IMG/VR virus record: IMGVR_UViG_3300017971_006749
Direction: 5' to 3' (one strand)
DNA: 64,000 nt
Source of the DNA: an uncultured virus (IMG/VR IMGVR_UViG_3300017971_006749)
Taxonomy: Duplodnaviria > Heunggongvirae > Uroviricota > Caudoviricetes
Part shown: piece by piece, positions 19,339 to 29,367 of the stretch
Layout: every line of letters begins with the position of its first letter
Numbering within the stretch: position 1 is the first letter of the stretch
Position numbers and translations under genes: made by a program
The notes under the pieces: generated by a model
Databases searched by the model: none
Told to the model about the DNA's origin: nothing
The model's input: the letters and a program-made list of their open reading frames with translations, nothing else

Positions 19339-19660
19339 AACAGTCTGGACTCTCCCATATTCTGACCTTCTCGGTATTCTTAAATTTAGTTTTTATTTCA
19401 TAATAGAGATAACAGGCAAGGTTCTCAGCAGTAGGATTAAAATCACATATACCATTAAGATATTTGTGATCTGGTAATATGTCTCGAAGATAGGCTTTCA
19501 CATCCTTGAAATCTATAGCCAATCCAATTTCATTTAGCTTATCGAACAATAAAAACACTTCAACTATCCAGCGATGACCATGAAGTCTGCCGCAATCACC
19601 ATTATAGCCATCCAGAGAATGTGCTGCATCAAAATGTTCTTTAATACATATTCGGTACAT
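19313..19660 (-). CDS. queD: 6-carboxytetrahydropterin synthase
   Basis: FDAAH, CGRLHGH, DFKD, DHKYLN, PTAENLA, WESP; start moved to ATG 19660 with GGAG RBS. Confidence 0.93.
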   Translation of the reverse strand: MYRICIKEHFDAAHSLDGYNGDCGRLHGHRWIVEVFLLFDKLNEIGLAIDFKDVKAYLRDILPDHKYLNGICDFNPTAENLACYLYYEIKTKFKNTEKVRIWESPDCYAEFTDSA

Positions 19661-19998
19661 TACTCTCCTTTTGTGAGTCGTTGAAAAAAACCTATTGTTT
19701 GGAGGAAAGTTAATAGTGCTATTACGGCAAGTCCAATCTTTACCCACCAATCATGACTGGAACGTGCCTCATTCTTTGCTTGTGTCTCCTTTGCTAGAAC
19801 TCTCGCAACTTCTTCTTCATGTAATTTACCTTTTACTTCTAATTTGGTTAATCTTACAGCAATTTCGGCACAAGGAAATTTATCTATAATTTTCTTTATT
19901 TCGTTGACGTTATCAATGATAGGGTTTATCTTGGCATCCAATAATTCAGCAAATTTTCTCCAATCACCATTTTCCATCTCAATAATAGCTCCTGACAA
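19660..19998 (-). CDS. Coiled-coil protein with a C-terminal TM helix (holin-like candidate)
   Basis: WWVKIGLAVIALLTFLQTIGFF; same operon as the M15 peptidase. Confidence 0.4.
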   Translation of the reverse strand: MSGAIIEMENGDWRKFAELLDAKINPIIDNVNEIKKIIDKFPCAEIAVRLTKLEVKGKLHEEEVARVLAKETQAKNEARSSHDWWVKIGLAVIALLTFLQTIGFFQRLTKGE

Positions 19999-20090
19999 AT
20001 TTTAACACCTCCTCTTAATGGCATTTTTTTTTCGGCAACACCACCCTTTAGAAGGTGTTTATAATAATTTATAATTTAGAAGCTATCTAC

Positions 20091-20119
20091 AATTTACCAT
20101 ATAAAAACCAAACTGTCAA
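20091..20119 (-). promoter_or_regulatory. Sigma70-like promoter for the modification/packaging operon
   Basis: TTGACA-17 bp-TAAATT with TG extension. Confidence 0.55.
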
Positions 20120-20244
20120 GAAGTATTGTCTATTTGCTGCTCTAATAGCATCTTTATATATGAATATATAAGGATAGGCCATAGAATCGTTGTAGGCAGT
20201 AACCTCGTCGGTTTAATCGCTATCCTTACGATATGTATAAATAC

Positions 20245-20284
20245 AAAAAGCCCCCCAGACTCCTAAAGGAATCCAGAGGGCTTT
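20245..20284 (-). terminator. Intrinsic terminator
   Basis: AAAGCCCTCTGGATTCC..GGAGTCTGGGGGGCTTTTT downstream of the 20297 ORF. Confidence 0.75.
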
Positions 20285-20296
20285 AATTATACAATA

Positions 20297-21322
20297 CTAC
20301 TTCATTTCCTTTCTGACTTTCTCCAAATCTATAGTAGTCTTAACATGCCTCTCTATAGCCTTCCTATATGCTGCCTGTTGTTCAGTTACTTTGTCACGGA
20401 AAAGCTGTGTTCCTTCTTTAAGTTTCTCAACCATCTCTGCTAATCGTTCTATTTTCTTATCCTGTCTAGACAACAAATTATCAATAGCCGTTTCATATCT
20501 ACTTATAGCTGTTTCCCGCTTTTCAAGCAACTGTTCCAGCCTTACTATTTCAAGTTTCTGTGTTTCTTTCTTTTTAGCCTCTTTCTCTAATTGCTCTTCG
20601 CTAATAACACTCCCTTCTCGTTTCTGATAATTCTTTACTTCCTGAACGATGCCGGGACTTTCTTCTGTTACTTCATTGCTCTTATAAAACGTGCCAGATA
20701 CCAATGGATTCTTACGTTTCTTGTACTCTCCTGCTCGTATCTTCCTATCCTCTTCTGCAACAGCCTCCCAGAACTTATCACGATTTATAGACCTGAAACC
20801 TCTAAACCGTTTTAGGTTTCTAATTCGTGGATATGGCTCTGGAATATATATCACTTCTTCAGGATAACAGCCTACCATTATCTTGCCTATATCTATCTCC
20901 TTAGATAATTCTTTCAGCCTGTGCGCTATAGCCGATAAGGAAGTATCAATACTATATGAAGCTCCCTGTTCGTAACTACCACATTCTCGTTCCACTACTG
21001 GCTCTTCAGGAGCTTCTATGGTAAGCTGTACCTCGAACTCTTCCGCTAACCTCTTCTGTGCCTCTTCACTTATACCTACCAGCTTGGTAATTGGAAATTC
21101 TATAAAAGCCGAAAAAGGCTCTATTCCCGGCTCTGGCTGTACACATAGCACCATATCTCCCCATGACATACCTCTTAACAATAATGGTGCTACTCGTCTG
21201 GTGATACCATATTTCTTAGCTTCTTCTATAAACTTTGGTATCGTATAATTATTCTGTCCTATGAAATTCATCCAATCTGACATTTTTGTCTCCTTCCTAT
21301 ACTGTAAATATAACCAATCCAA
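20297..21322 (-). CDS. Hypothetical protein with C-terminal coiled coil
   Basis: 341 aa ORF; likely start MSDWMNF. Confidence 0.6.
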   Translation of the reverse strand: MDWLYLQYRKETKMSDWMNFIGQNNYTIPKFIEEAKKYGITRRVAPLLLRGMSWGDMVLCVQPEPGIEPFSAFIEFPITKLVGISEEAQKRLAEEFEVQLTIEAPEEPVVERECGSYEQGASYSIDTSLSAIAHRLKELSKEIDIGKIMVGCYPEEVIYIPEPYPRIRNLKRFRGFRSINRDKFWEAVAEEDRKIRAGEYKKRKNPLVSGTFYKSNEVTEESPGIVQEVKNYQKREGSVISEEQLEKEAKKKETQKLEIVRLEQLLEKRETAISRYETAIDNLLSRQDKKIERLAEMVEKLKEGTQLFRDKVTEQQAAYRKAIERHVKTTIDLEKVRKEMK

Positions 21323-21516
21323 TTTGGTTTTACATGGTACTATAACCGTCTCGATATATCATCATCTGATATTTTTTTATCCACTTCGTCCCACTGGCAA
21401 TAAGGACACTGAAATGAATCATCAATACAATACCATTGCTTACATGAGGGGCATCTAAGAAATGCCCCCCGTTTAATTTCAAATTTCTTATTCATTATCT
21501 ATTTCCTTTCTGCCTA

Positions 21517-22326
21517 TTAAGCCACCTCTTCTATTGCCATCTTGCTTTCAATAGCTGTTATGATCTGTTTAGCCCCTTCTGAGATATTACCTAAACTGGC
21601 TTCCAATAGTTTCTTATCAAGATTATGGAAAGCTAGATATTCAGGAGCTTTCGTCTCTATACCGTAATGCCTTAATACGATATAGGAGATTGATTCAGCT
21701 TCCGTCTCCATCCTTCGTTTGGTATCTTTCTTTCCATCCCAATGCAATAACTCATGAGCCATCTCATGTACTGCAGTGGCAAATTTGGTATTAAATGTAC
21801 CATCTTCAGCTATTATTATCTCACCATTTTGCGATGCGCCATAATGCCCGAAGCCCATTGACTCATATTTCACATCAGCTCCGTTCTCTCGACAATGTGC
21901 TACCAAAGCATCAAAGTATTTCCTAGCTCCATCTCCTTCTATATCACTGTTAATCACATCCAATTCATCGCCCTCAGTCTGTGATATATCGAATACTGAG
22001 ACTGCAAAGAAATACCGGATAATCCTTACGTCAGGATCATCGCTATCCTCATCCTTCTTGAATCCCGGAGCAAGTATCTTTAATCCTCTCTCTCCTCTCT
22101 TTACCTGCCTACCCATCTGTAACCATTTCTGGTAGCCAGCTACTAATGAAGCCTCTGGCATCTGTAACATTATCAATATCTGGTTATATTGACTATAATG
22201 CCAGAATTTAGACATAGTATCTAAATGTCTCTTGAATATCTCCGAAGCTCTAACGTCATCCGTCTCGTTGGTCAACTGCTCTAAATAAGAATCCACTTTT
22301 TTAAGCCACTGTGTTGATTTTGCCAT
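21517..22326 (-). CDS. ArdC-like ssDNA-binding domain plus zincin (antirestriction-like)
   Basis: FWHYSQYNQILI..Q.P.A..VAGYQKW..GRQVKRGE, VFDISQT, HEMAH, EAES. Confidence 0.85.
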   Translation of the reverse strand: MAKSTQWLKKVDSYLEQLTNETDDVRASEIFKRHLDTMSKFWHYSQYNQILIMLQMPEASLVAGYQKWLQMGRQVKRGERGLKILAPGFKKDEDSDDPDVRIIRYFFAVSVFDISQTEGDELDVINSDIEGDGARKYFDALVAHCRENGADVKYESMGFGHYGASQNGEIIIAEDGTFNTKFATAVHEMAHELLHWDGKKDTKRRMETEAESISYIVLRHYGIETKAPEYLAFHNLDKKLLEASLGNISEGAKQIITAIESKMAIEEVA

Positions 22327-22546
22327 GACTGGTTCTCCTATTCTGGTTCAGATATTGGACAATATTCCCTTCACTATCGTACTTTGATCTCCACTCGATA
22401 TTACATCCAATATAGTCGGCTATAATCTTTGCCTTACCATAAGCCCCCTCTCCATTGATAGCCCATGCCGATTTCTCAAGTTCGTGATTTTCCAATCTTA
22501 TATTCCATCCATTGCCAATATACTTAATTGCTACCACTGGTTTCAT
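22301..22546 (-). CDS. Hypothetical protein
   Basis: 81 aa, GGAG RBS. Confidence 0.5.
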   Translation of the reverse strand: MKPVVAIKYIGNGWNIRLENHELEKSAWAINGEGAYGKAKIIADYIGCNIEWRSKYDSEGNIVQYLNQNRRTSHGKINTVA

Positions 22547-22664
22547 TATCTATCTCCATAATTCACGCTTAGTTCCATTTCTATCACCCCCCATTCCTGG
22601 CGTGCTCTTCAGTGTGGACCCGCCACAGTCCACAGACGCGGGTCAATGCCCGCGTTTCGCTGTG

Positions 22665-22892
22665 TTATAACCAGGATGGACGTTGACCGCCATATCGTGC
22701 ATAATGGGACAATCGCTCCGCCTGGTATTGCATGGATTGGTAATCTGCTTGCCGCTGTTCGTATTCCCTGTCCCAGCCCTCGTCTTCTGCCTGTTGCCGC
22801 CGTTTGGCAAGATCGATGCGCCTGGCGTGCTCTTTGGCGTCAAAAGGTAACCACTTAGTCTTGATATGTTTCATCGTCTTTTCCCCCTTCAT
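22665..22892 (-). CDS. Hypothetical protein
   Basis: 75 aa in a run of small early genes. Confidence 0.45.
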   Translation of the reverse strand: MKGEKTMKHIKTKWLPFDAKEHARRIDLAKRRQQAEDEGWDREYEQRQADYQSMQYQAERLSHYARYGGQRPSWL

Positions 22893-22901
22893 TTACTGAT
22901 A

Positions 22902-23108
22902 CTATTCCTGTATATCCGGTAGTACATCACTATTATATCGTATCAATTCTTTAGCCAACTCTTCTAATTGTTCCTGACTCAACAACAGCTCTACCTCTCC
23001 ATGATTGGTTCTAAAACTTACCACATGATCCGCATAGGCATCATCTTCTGTTGCCTCAATAAATATATCCAGCTTTTTAGCCGATAGGTCTAATGATATT
23101 TCTGACAT
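22902..23108 (-). CDS. Hypothetical protein
   Basis: 68 aa, coupled to the upstream gene (TAATG). Confidence 0.55.
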   Translation of the reverse strand: MSEISLDLSAKKLDIFIEATEDDAYADHVVSFRTNHGEVELLLSQEQLEELAKELIRYNSDVLPDIQE

Positions 23109-23698
23109 TATTCTTCATCTCCTCCTGGTGCTACTACCTCGTAACCAAATACTCGCTTCACTAAGTCTACTCCATCAGCCCAATTCTCAGGAGTACCATC
23201 ACTGGATAGCATTATATCATCACCTAAATGATGTTTGGCTATCAACAAGCAACTGATAACAGCTAGGTCGTAAGGCTTATAGGCTGTCTTGCAACAGTCG
23301 AAATACCTACCATGCTCATCAGGTTCAGACCATTCTCTCAACCGAAATACTCTCGGCAATACAAAACTTTCATGTGAGCAATCCCCACCACATGATCGCT
23401 TCGTAAGTAATGCCCCTGCAAACCATTGCCCTTCTATCTCTATATCTTCCCCTATTCCATTGGCATGATCTGAAGGCCATGTTATACCCAACTCTCTTCG
23501 AGTATGACCACAATCCTCAACACCATTAAAGGCTATAAAATCCTGCCCTAATTCAGGTTTGCCATCTCCATGTGGCCCGGCTAACGATAGACCACCTTTC
23601 TCTAATCCTACAATCAATCTACAGGTATCTTGTACCACTTTCTGGAAGGCTTCATTTCGTAATTCTTTAATTCTTGTCCAATAGTGTGTATATCCCAT
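23108..23698 (-). CDS. Conserved-looking hypothetical phage protein
   Basis: MGYTHYW...FNG...HESF...CKTAYKPYD; AAGGAG RBS. Confidence 0.7.
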   Translation of the reverse strand: MGYTHYWTRIKELRNEAFQKVVQDTCRLIVGLEKGGLSLAGPHGDGKPELGQDFIAFNGVEDCGHTRRELGITWPSDHANGIGEDIEIEGQWFAGALLTKRSCGGDCSHESFVLPRVFRLREWSEPDEHGRYFDCCKTAYKPYDLAVISCLLIAKHHLGDDIMLSSDGTPENWADGVDLVKRVFGYEVVAPGGDEE

Positions 23699-23711
23699 TT
23701 TTCAATCTCCT

Positions 23712-23906
23712 TTATTCGGTTATTTCTGCTACATACTCATCTATCATAGCCATTATATGATCGACTATTTCTATTCGATCCTTAGATACTTGGTTCATTG
23801 CCTCAACCATGTTAGAATAATCACCATATTTTCTATTAACAATAGTCAGCATTATATAAAGCATCTCTTCTGACAACTGCTCTACAAATACCTGTCGATG
23901 ATCCAT
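23712..23906 (-). CDS. Hypothetical protein
   Basis: 64 aa, AAGGAG RBS. Confidence 0.5.
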   Translation of the reverse strand: MDHRQVFVEQLSEEMLYIMLTIVNRKYGDYSNMVEAMNQVSKDRIEIVDHIMAMIDEYVAEITE

Positions 23907-24216
23907 TTCGTCTCCTTTATTCGGTTATTTACTCAACACAACTTCACTATAATGAGAATTCTTATCTGGTGTTCTGAAATCGTCGATAGGCCAATCCTCC
24001 CAATTTATATCATCTTTCATCTGAGAACAATGAAATTGACATTTATCACATCCATTATTAAAACACATCTTCCGCAACTTCCAAACTCGCCAATCTACTC
24101 CCATTTTATATCTCCTTATATAGCCCTCTAAGCGATTACCAAGCTAAGTATATATCTTTGGTAAGGCCAACAGTTGGAATCGCTGTAGAGGGCTAATATG
24201 TTCGTTTAATACTGTA

Positions 24217-24498
24217 TTAGAAGTTTGGTATATAACCATATTCTCCAACAGCTTCTTTAATCTTCCGACACACTTCAATCGCTCCTTCATTCTGAACCAT
24301 AGGCTCTTGCTCTGCCATTACCCATATCCATTTCAGAAACAGTAATAGCTCATTCCTCTGCAATAAAGCATGATCGTGAGCTAAAGTCTCAATAAAGCCT
24401 TCAGGATTTAATGAGCAACTATTAACAAATTTACTTACTTCTATAGCTGCCTGTTCACCTAAGATATAGGATTGACTGGTCTTATTTACTTTATCCAT
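24217..24498 (-). CDS. Hypothetical protein
   Basis: 93 aa, GGAGG RBS. Confidence 0.6.
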   Translation of the reverse strand: MDKVNKTSQSYILGEQAAIEVSKFVNSCSLNPEGFIETLAHDHALLQRNELLLFLKWIWVMAEQEPMVQNEGAIEVCRKIKEAVGEYGYIPNF

Positions 24499-24506
24499 TT
24501 TACCTC

Positions 24507-24689
24507 CTAATATGTTCTCCTGAATCTCAACTTACTCCTGATAAGCCAGTTATACACAAACCACGTTTTGTCATTTTCAAGAGAATATGCCTTAGCTATT
24601 ATCTCAGCAAATTCATGAGCAGAATAACTAATATTTCTCTTGAGAAGAAAACTAAACCCCAATAAATCCTGTGGCTCAAATTCATCCAT
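24507..24689 (-). CDS. Hypothetical protein
   Basis: 60 aa, GGAGG RBS. Confidence 0.5.
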   Translation of the reverse strand: MDEFEPQDLLGFSFLLKRNISYSAHEFAEIIAKAYSLENDKTWFVYNWLIRSKLRFRRTY

Positions 24690-24941
24690 ATATTTCCTCC
24701 TATCTGATTCAGACGACTGACCTGTAATAGGTCTTACTCTGCCCCTCTATCTCTGAATCATGTGCAGAATTGGTCAGGAATGTTCACATGAGCTACTCGA
24801 TATATACCATATCTTTTGCGGCTATCTCTAGCACTCTCTCTCCTGACCTTTGGTTGTTTAGACCGTATACATATTATCACCATCCATATTTCCGTTAATA
24901 TTTACTGCAATTTCGACTCTCAGGAGCTTGTCTCCTGTGTC

Positions 24942-25697
24942 TTATTCCGTTCCTTTGGTCAATTCTACTGCTATCAATGAACTACCATCAGCATTAAACC
25001 TCAATACTTCACGACCCTCTTCCCAAGCCAATGCCTTACCATGTCTATTAGCCAATCCATAACATACATCTACATTAGCCCAATCGGCATTGTCATTCGA
25101 GCTTGATATATTGATTCTACATAATAGTTCACCATTACGAGCAAGAACATCAACCGATGTAGGATGGTCAGTAAGCTGGATAGCCGTCCTGCGAAAACCC
25201 TCATCAACTCTGGTAGTCAAAGTAGCTTGAGCATCATTTTGACAAAACACAAATTCTCTTTTGCCATGTATTGGCATTTGACCTAGAATTTGGTTTTCTT
25301 GATCCTCTGTCCATATCATCTCTGTTCTCTTTAACAATTCCAAAAATCCCCGTGTTCCTTCACCTATATACCCAAAACTGAAGCCATATAATATCAAGTC
25401 ATTCTGTTTGGCTTCTACCCTTACTTCCCATTCACATTCATCTGTCTCTCTTATAGTCACTGATTGAATCGTACCAATCATCTCTTGATAATAATTAAAC
25501 GTTTCAAGACTATGACGTGTTATACCATTCTCTTTTTCAATAATCACCATCTTCTTCTCACCAATTGTAAATGCCAATTCGTTCTCGTATACCATATTCA
25601 TGACTATCTCCAATCCCCTTGTTAGGGTGTCTAGCTGCTCCTGTATGCTGTTTCTAGGAGCAGCCCTATTATAATATATCACTACTGTATCTACCAA
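24942..25697 (-). CDS. Hypothetical protein
   Basis: 251 aa ORF in operon. Confidence 0.55.
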   Translation of the reverse strand: MVDTVVIYYNRAAPRNSIQEQLDTLTRGLEIVMNMVYENELAFTIGEKKMVIIEKENGITRHSLETFNYYQEMIGTIQSVTIRETDECEWEVRVEAKQNDLILYGFSFGYIGEGTRGFLELLKRTEMIWTEDQENQILGQMPIHGKREFVFCQNDAQATLTTRVDEGFRRTAIQLTDHPTSVDVLARNGELLCRINISSSNDNADWANVDVCYGLANRHGKALAWEEGREVLRFNADGSSLIAVELTKGTE

Positions 25698-25876
25698 TCA
25701 ACCACTGCTGATTCCAACAATGCAGCCCTAATACCTTCTGCATCTTTATATTTATTCTCATGATAGAAGCTATAAGGCTTAGAAGCTATCATTGCCGGAT
25801 TCACCTTAATTACTACCTCCCATCGAATACCCGTCCACAACATCCTTGCCAATTCCAAAGCTATCCACCTATCCAT
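25691..25876 (-). CDS. Hypothetical protein
   Basis: 61 aa, AAGGAGGT RBS. Confidence 0.5.
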   Translation of the reverse strand: MDRWIALELARMLWTGIRWEVVIKVNPAMIASKPYSFYHENKYKDAEGIRAALLESAVVDW

Positions 25877-26205
25877 TACCTACCTCCTTATGCTATGAAT
25901 TAAGCGGCTGTCTCAATTATTGAGTCTTGCCTCACCCTACCACCCTTAATTCCTGTGTGAGATTGGAGGCTTATGCCTCCATTAGTCCTAAGATAATTCT
26001 CATCTCTGTAATAGTCATCTCAGGCTCGCCATCCAATAACTGCTCATTGTAAACTATGACCAATAATTCAATTTCTTCTTCTATCATTTCTTCTCCTTTA
26101 CCTTTCCTGTGCCATTACATCTCAAACACTTATGTTCCTTATGCCTCATATATACATATACACCAGTTCCGAAACATCTTGGACAAGTCATTTGTGCCTC
26201 CTATG

Positions 26206-26823
26206 TTATTCTACCTCTTCTTCAAGAATAATAAATCCTGTTATCTTCTCAATATCTCTAAACATAAATACCAAATCTTGTCGGGCATTTACCTTATCCT
26301 TTAGTCTCACAATCATTTCTTCTAAGTCTCTTGCTCTGCTAAAGGTATGAGAGGTATATATATAATCAGTAGGACTATCAAGCGAAATATCTATTCTTGC
26401 AATCAATTCTTCCATATCTCGTTTGATATGCTCTGCTTCTTTACGAACCGCAACCTTTATCTCTCGTATATCGGAATTTGCTTTATTCCATATATACCGG
26501 GTTTCCTCTTTCGCTCTAGCCATATCCTGCTTAGCGACTTCTTCATCAGTGAGAATTATAGCAGCCATTGAAGCATGAATAGCATCCTGGCCAATACCCT
26601 TATCTATGCCTTGCTCTTTCAACCAATTAAATAATTCGGTTACATCTTCTTTAGCCTGTTTCGCCGTACAGGACTTCCACGTTCTATATACGGCTCTTGC
26701 TTCAGTTATTCCCGATTCGCTGTAAGCCTCAAAAATTTCTTGATACATAGCCACATCCTTGCTGTCTTTCTTTATCTTCCTCATTATTCTCTCCTTAGTT
26801 ATCGAACCACCACCTGCTTCCAT
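26206..26823 (-). CDS. Hypothetical helical protein
   Basis: 205 aa; likely start MRKIKK with AAGGAG RBS. Confidence 0.55.
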   Translation of the reverse strand: MEAGGGSITKERIMRKIKKDSKDVAMYQEIFEAYSESGITEARAVYRTWKSCTAKQAKEDVTELFNWLKEQGIDKGIGQDAIHASMAAIILTDEEVAKQDMARAKEETRYIWNKANSDIREIKVAVRKEAEHIKRDMEELIARIDISLDSPTDYIYTSHTFSRARDLEEMIVRLKDKVNARQDLVFMFRDIEKITGFIILEEEVE

Positions 26824-27114
26824 TATGAAAGCTTACCCAACCCCTCAAGTGTGATTCATGTGTTGGATTTTTACGAGTCTGGAATGTCAAGTTGCTCTAA
26901 AGGAAGGCCTCAAGTTCTTCCCCCTGCAACTTCTTGTAACTTAACCAGCCCTCTTAATTCCGCCATTGAACTATCTAGCTTTATCTAGCCAGTGCCTTTA
27001 CCTGCTTTGGAAGGTGTCCAACTTTTTACTTTTGGGCTTCCTCAATTCAGGATTGGTTGCTGTTTCAACCATTTGCTTCTCTAACCAACTTCCTTATTTC
27101 CTCTTCCATCTAAG

Positions 27115-27143
27115 ATTATAACAGATTATAATATAAAAGTCAA
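27115..27143 (-). promoter_or_regulatory. Sigma70-like promoter (shared motif, copy 1)
   Basis: TTGACT-tttatattataatctgt-TATAAT, 17 bp spacer. Confidence 0.8.
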
Positions 27144-27306
27144 GAGAAAAATACAAAAAAATAGACTTTTTTAGGCTTTTTTATTATAATTTATTATAAT
27201 ATTCCGCTAAACCTACTAATAGCAAGGGTTTATAGGTAGGTAAAATAATTCACTTAAACGTTGAAATTTCTGTATTTTAGCAAGTTTAGCAGAAATAAGG
27301 ATGGTA

Positions 27307-27636
27307 TTATGTTTTTTTTATACTGAGGTTAAGATAGAATAATCTATCTTTTATGTACTGCTGATTTATCTTTAGCATCTGGGCTAACTCCTGAACCGTC
27401 TTAGTCTGATGATAAGTTATCAATACTCGGTCTTGTGTGCTAGTCCATTTGTTCTCTGTCAGATTCAAGACTCTCAATCTACGATTTATAACACTTTCAC
27501 TACAGCCAAATCGTCGAGCTATATCTGGCACAGGCATATCTACTGCCCTTAAAGCTCTAAGTTTCACATCATTTTTATCATTCCATTTAACTCCTCGCGA
27601 TTTGATTTTATATTCTTTACCCTTATATTTTAACAT
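27307..27636 (-). CDS. Small HTH/Myb-like DNA-binding protein
   Basis: Two W...D..L repeats with HTH-like IARRFGCSES and LAQMLK. Confidence 0.55.
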   Translation of the reverse strand: MLKYKGKEYKIKSRGVKWNDKNDVKLRALRAVDMPVPDIARRFGCSESVINRRLRVLNLTENKWTSTQDRVLITYHQTKTVQELAQMLKINQQYIKDRLFYLNLSIKKT

Positions 27637-28052
27637 ATTATTTCTTCCTCCTCCTCAATTGAAGCTGCCATATTGTGTAAGGCATATACTGTATCACATC
27701 GTGGACATTGCCATACCTGATATTCATATATTGTCAAATCTACTTTATCTGATAAAGAATGCCTATTACAACAATATATATGAATATATCCATATTTACC
27801 AAGATTAAACGGAACAGTAACCTGTGTAACTCCATCCTCAATAGCTCTATCATATTCTTCTTTAGCCTTGATTTCACCATCAAGATATGTCCAGACTCCT
27901 AACAATATATTATCTTTTCGTGGTAATTCTATCCCATAATTCTTGGCCTTATCTAACAGTTGTTGAGCAGTAATACCCTGCTGTCTAAATATATAATCAA
28001 TGGCATGTCTTAATTCATCTGCTGTTTCTATAAAACTGATTTCTTTCATCAT
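27630..28052 (-). CDS. Hypothetical protein with Zn-ribbon-like motif
   Basis: CC...CPRC. Confidence 0.5.
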   Translation of the reverse strand: MMKEISFIETADELRHAIDYIFRQQGITAQQLLDKAKNYGIELPRKDNILLGVWTYLDGEIKAKEEYDRAIEDGVTQVTVPFNLGKYGYIHIYCCNRHSLSDKVDLTIYEYQVWQCPRCDTVYALHNMAASIEEEEEIIC

Positions 28053-28131
28053 TCCACCTCTATAGTATCATCTCTTTTCCAATTAGGATTATATCGTACA
28101 TTTATTACTTTGGTCATATTTCTCCTTTTCA

Positions 28132-28632
28132 CTATCTAGGAATAACATCAATACCATAATATTTCCTGATCTTTGCAATAGCTTCCTTTCGAATTTTACT
28201 TATCAATGGTCTACTCAATTTATATATATCAGCGATCTCCCTATCCAGCCACCCTTCGCAATAATAAAGTCTGAGCATTTCTTTCTCCCTATCCTTAAGA
28301 ATTGCTAAAAACGTTTCAACATCATTAATAGCATTAACACCAGCCTCGAAACTTGGCACTACAAAATTTTCTGGATAAAGTACAGGCATCGTTTCATGCA
28401 AAGGTATTTCCACATCAGAATACGATATTTCCCGTATATTTGTTTTTGGATCATGTTTATATCTAGAACTTCTATATTCATCCATAGCACCATACTTGGC
28501 AGCCCAGAAAGGATTTCCCTGCCACATTGAGATGTCGATCTCCTGCTGCATATCTTGAGCATTGTGATAATCGCCATGAGCAATAGCTATAGCAGCAGGA
28601 GAAGGACGTTTATATTTTGATCTATCTACCAT
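28132..28632 (-). CDS. Sigma-70 region 4 domain protein
   Basis: LKDREKEMLRLYYCEGWLDREIADIYKLSRPLISKIRKEAIAKIR. Confidence 0.8.
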   Translation of the reverse strand: MVDRSKYKRPSPAAIAIAHGDYHNAQDMQQEIDISMWQGNPFWAAKYGAMDEYRSSRYKHDPKTNIREISYSDVEIPLHETMPVLYPENFVVPSFEAGVNAINDVETFLAILKDREKEMLRLYYCEGWLDREIADIYKLSRPLISKIRKEAIAKIRKYYGIDVIPR

Positions 28633-28642
28633 AATCCATCAA

Positions 28643-29083
28643 CTATTTATTATGAGACAGCTTATTAGGTTTCCCAATCACCTTATCAATATCAGATAAT
28701 TCTGACCAATCACTAGGATCATCATCACCAGGATATCTATTCCGTATTCTCATAACGAAATCCCTACTCTCAATATTATATATCGTCATCATTACAATGA
28801 CTTTTCTAAATGGTTCACCGGGTGGTTGCCATAAAGCAGCTTCCCACGTCTCGGAAACTTCCAACTTGGTAGTATGAGTTATATTGGTCGAAACTGGCTC
28901 TGGTGAATACGTTATTGAATCAATCGTAAAATACTGTTGTACTGCATCCCCACCACTGATCCACGTTGGAGTAGCTGCACCAACAAACATGAGCTCTATG
29001 TCCTCTGCCAATACCTCAGGCTCTTGTGCAAATGCTAATGATACAAAACACATCAAAAACACAATACAAATAAAATACTTCAT
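28643..29083 (-). CDS. Secreted hypothetical protein
   Basis: Signal peptide MKYFICIVFLMCFVSLAFA. Confidence 0.6.
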   Translation of the reverse strand: MKYFICIVFLMCFVSLAFAQEPEVLAEDIELMFVGAATPTWISGGDAVQQYFTIDSITYSPEPVSTNITHTTKLEVSETWEAALWQPPGEPFRKVIVMMTIYNIESRDFVMRIRNRYPGDDDPSDWSELSDIDKVIGKPNKLSHNK

Positions 29084-29367
29084 TTTACCTTACCTCCCTA
29101 TATTATTTCATCTGGAAATAATAATAACACTCGTTCAGTCGTCTTATCTACATCTTCTGGATAAACCTGATATTCTCCATCGCCATCATCACCTCCCTAA
29201 TTTAGCCCAGAATAGATATACTGCACAATCAGACCAACGACACAGACATAAGATGCCCCTTCTATGTGGCAAATCCTTATTAGACAATGGAGCAAGACTA
29301 TCTCCTATATGTCCACATACAGGACAGATGCGATATTCTTTAGGTATTACTTTATTATCTGTTCTCA

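Noticed and set aside
20020..20060. Possible preQ1-I riboswitch ahead of the queD operon (hairpin with UUCUA loop and A-rich tail)
   Set aside because: Lacks the ligand-pairing C at the loop end and the expected closing G-C pair and 3' pseudoknot; would need an Rfam search to revive
25900..25990. Structured intergenic region as a tRNA
   Set aside because: Only a simple TGGAGGC/GCCTCCA hairpin; no cloverleaf or T-loop motif
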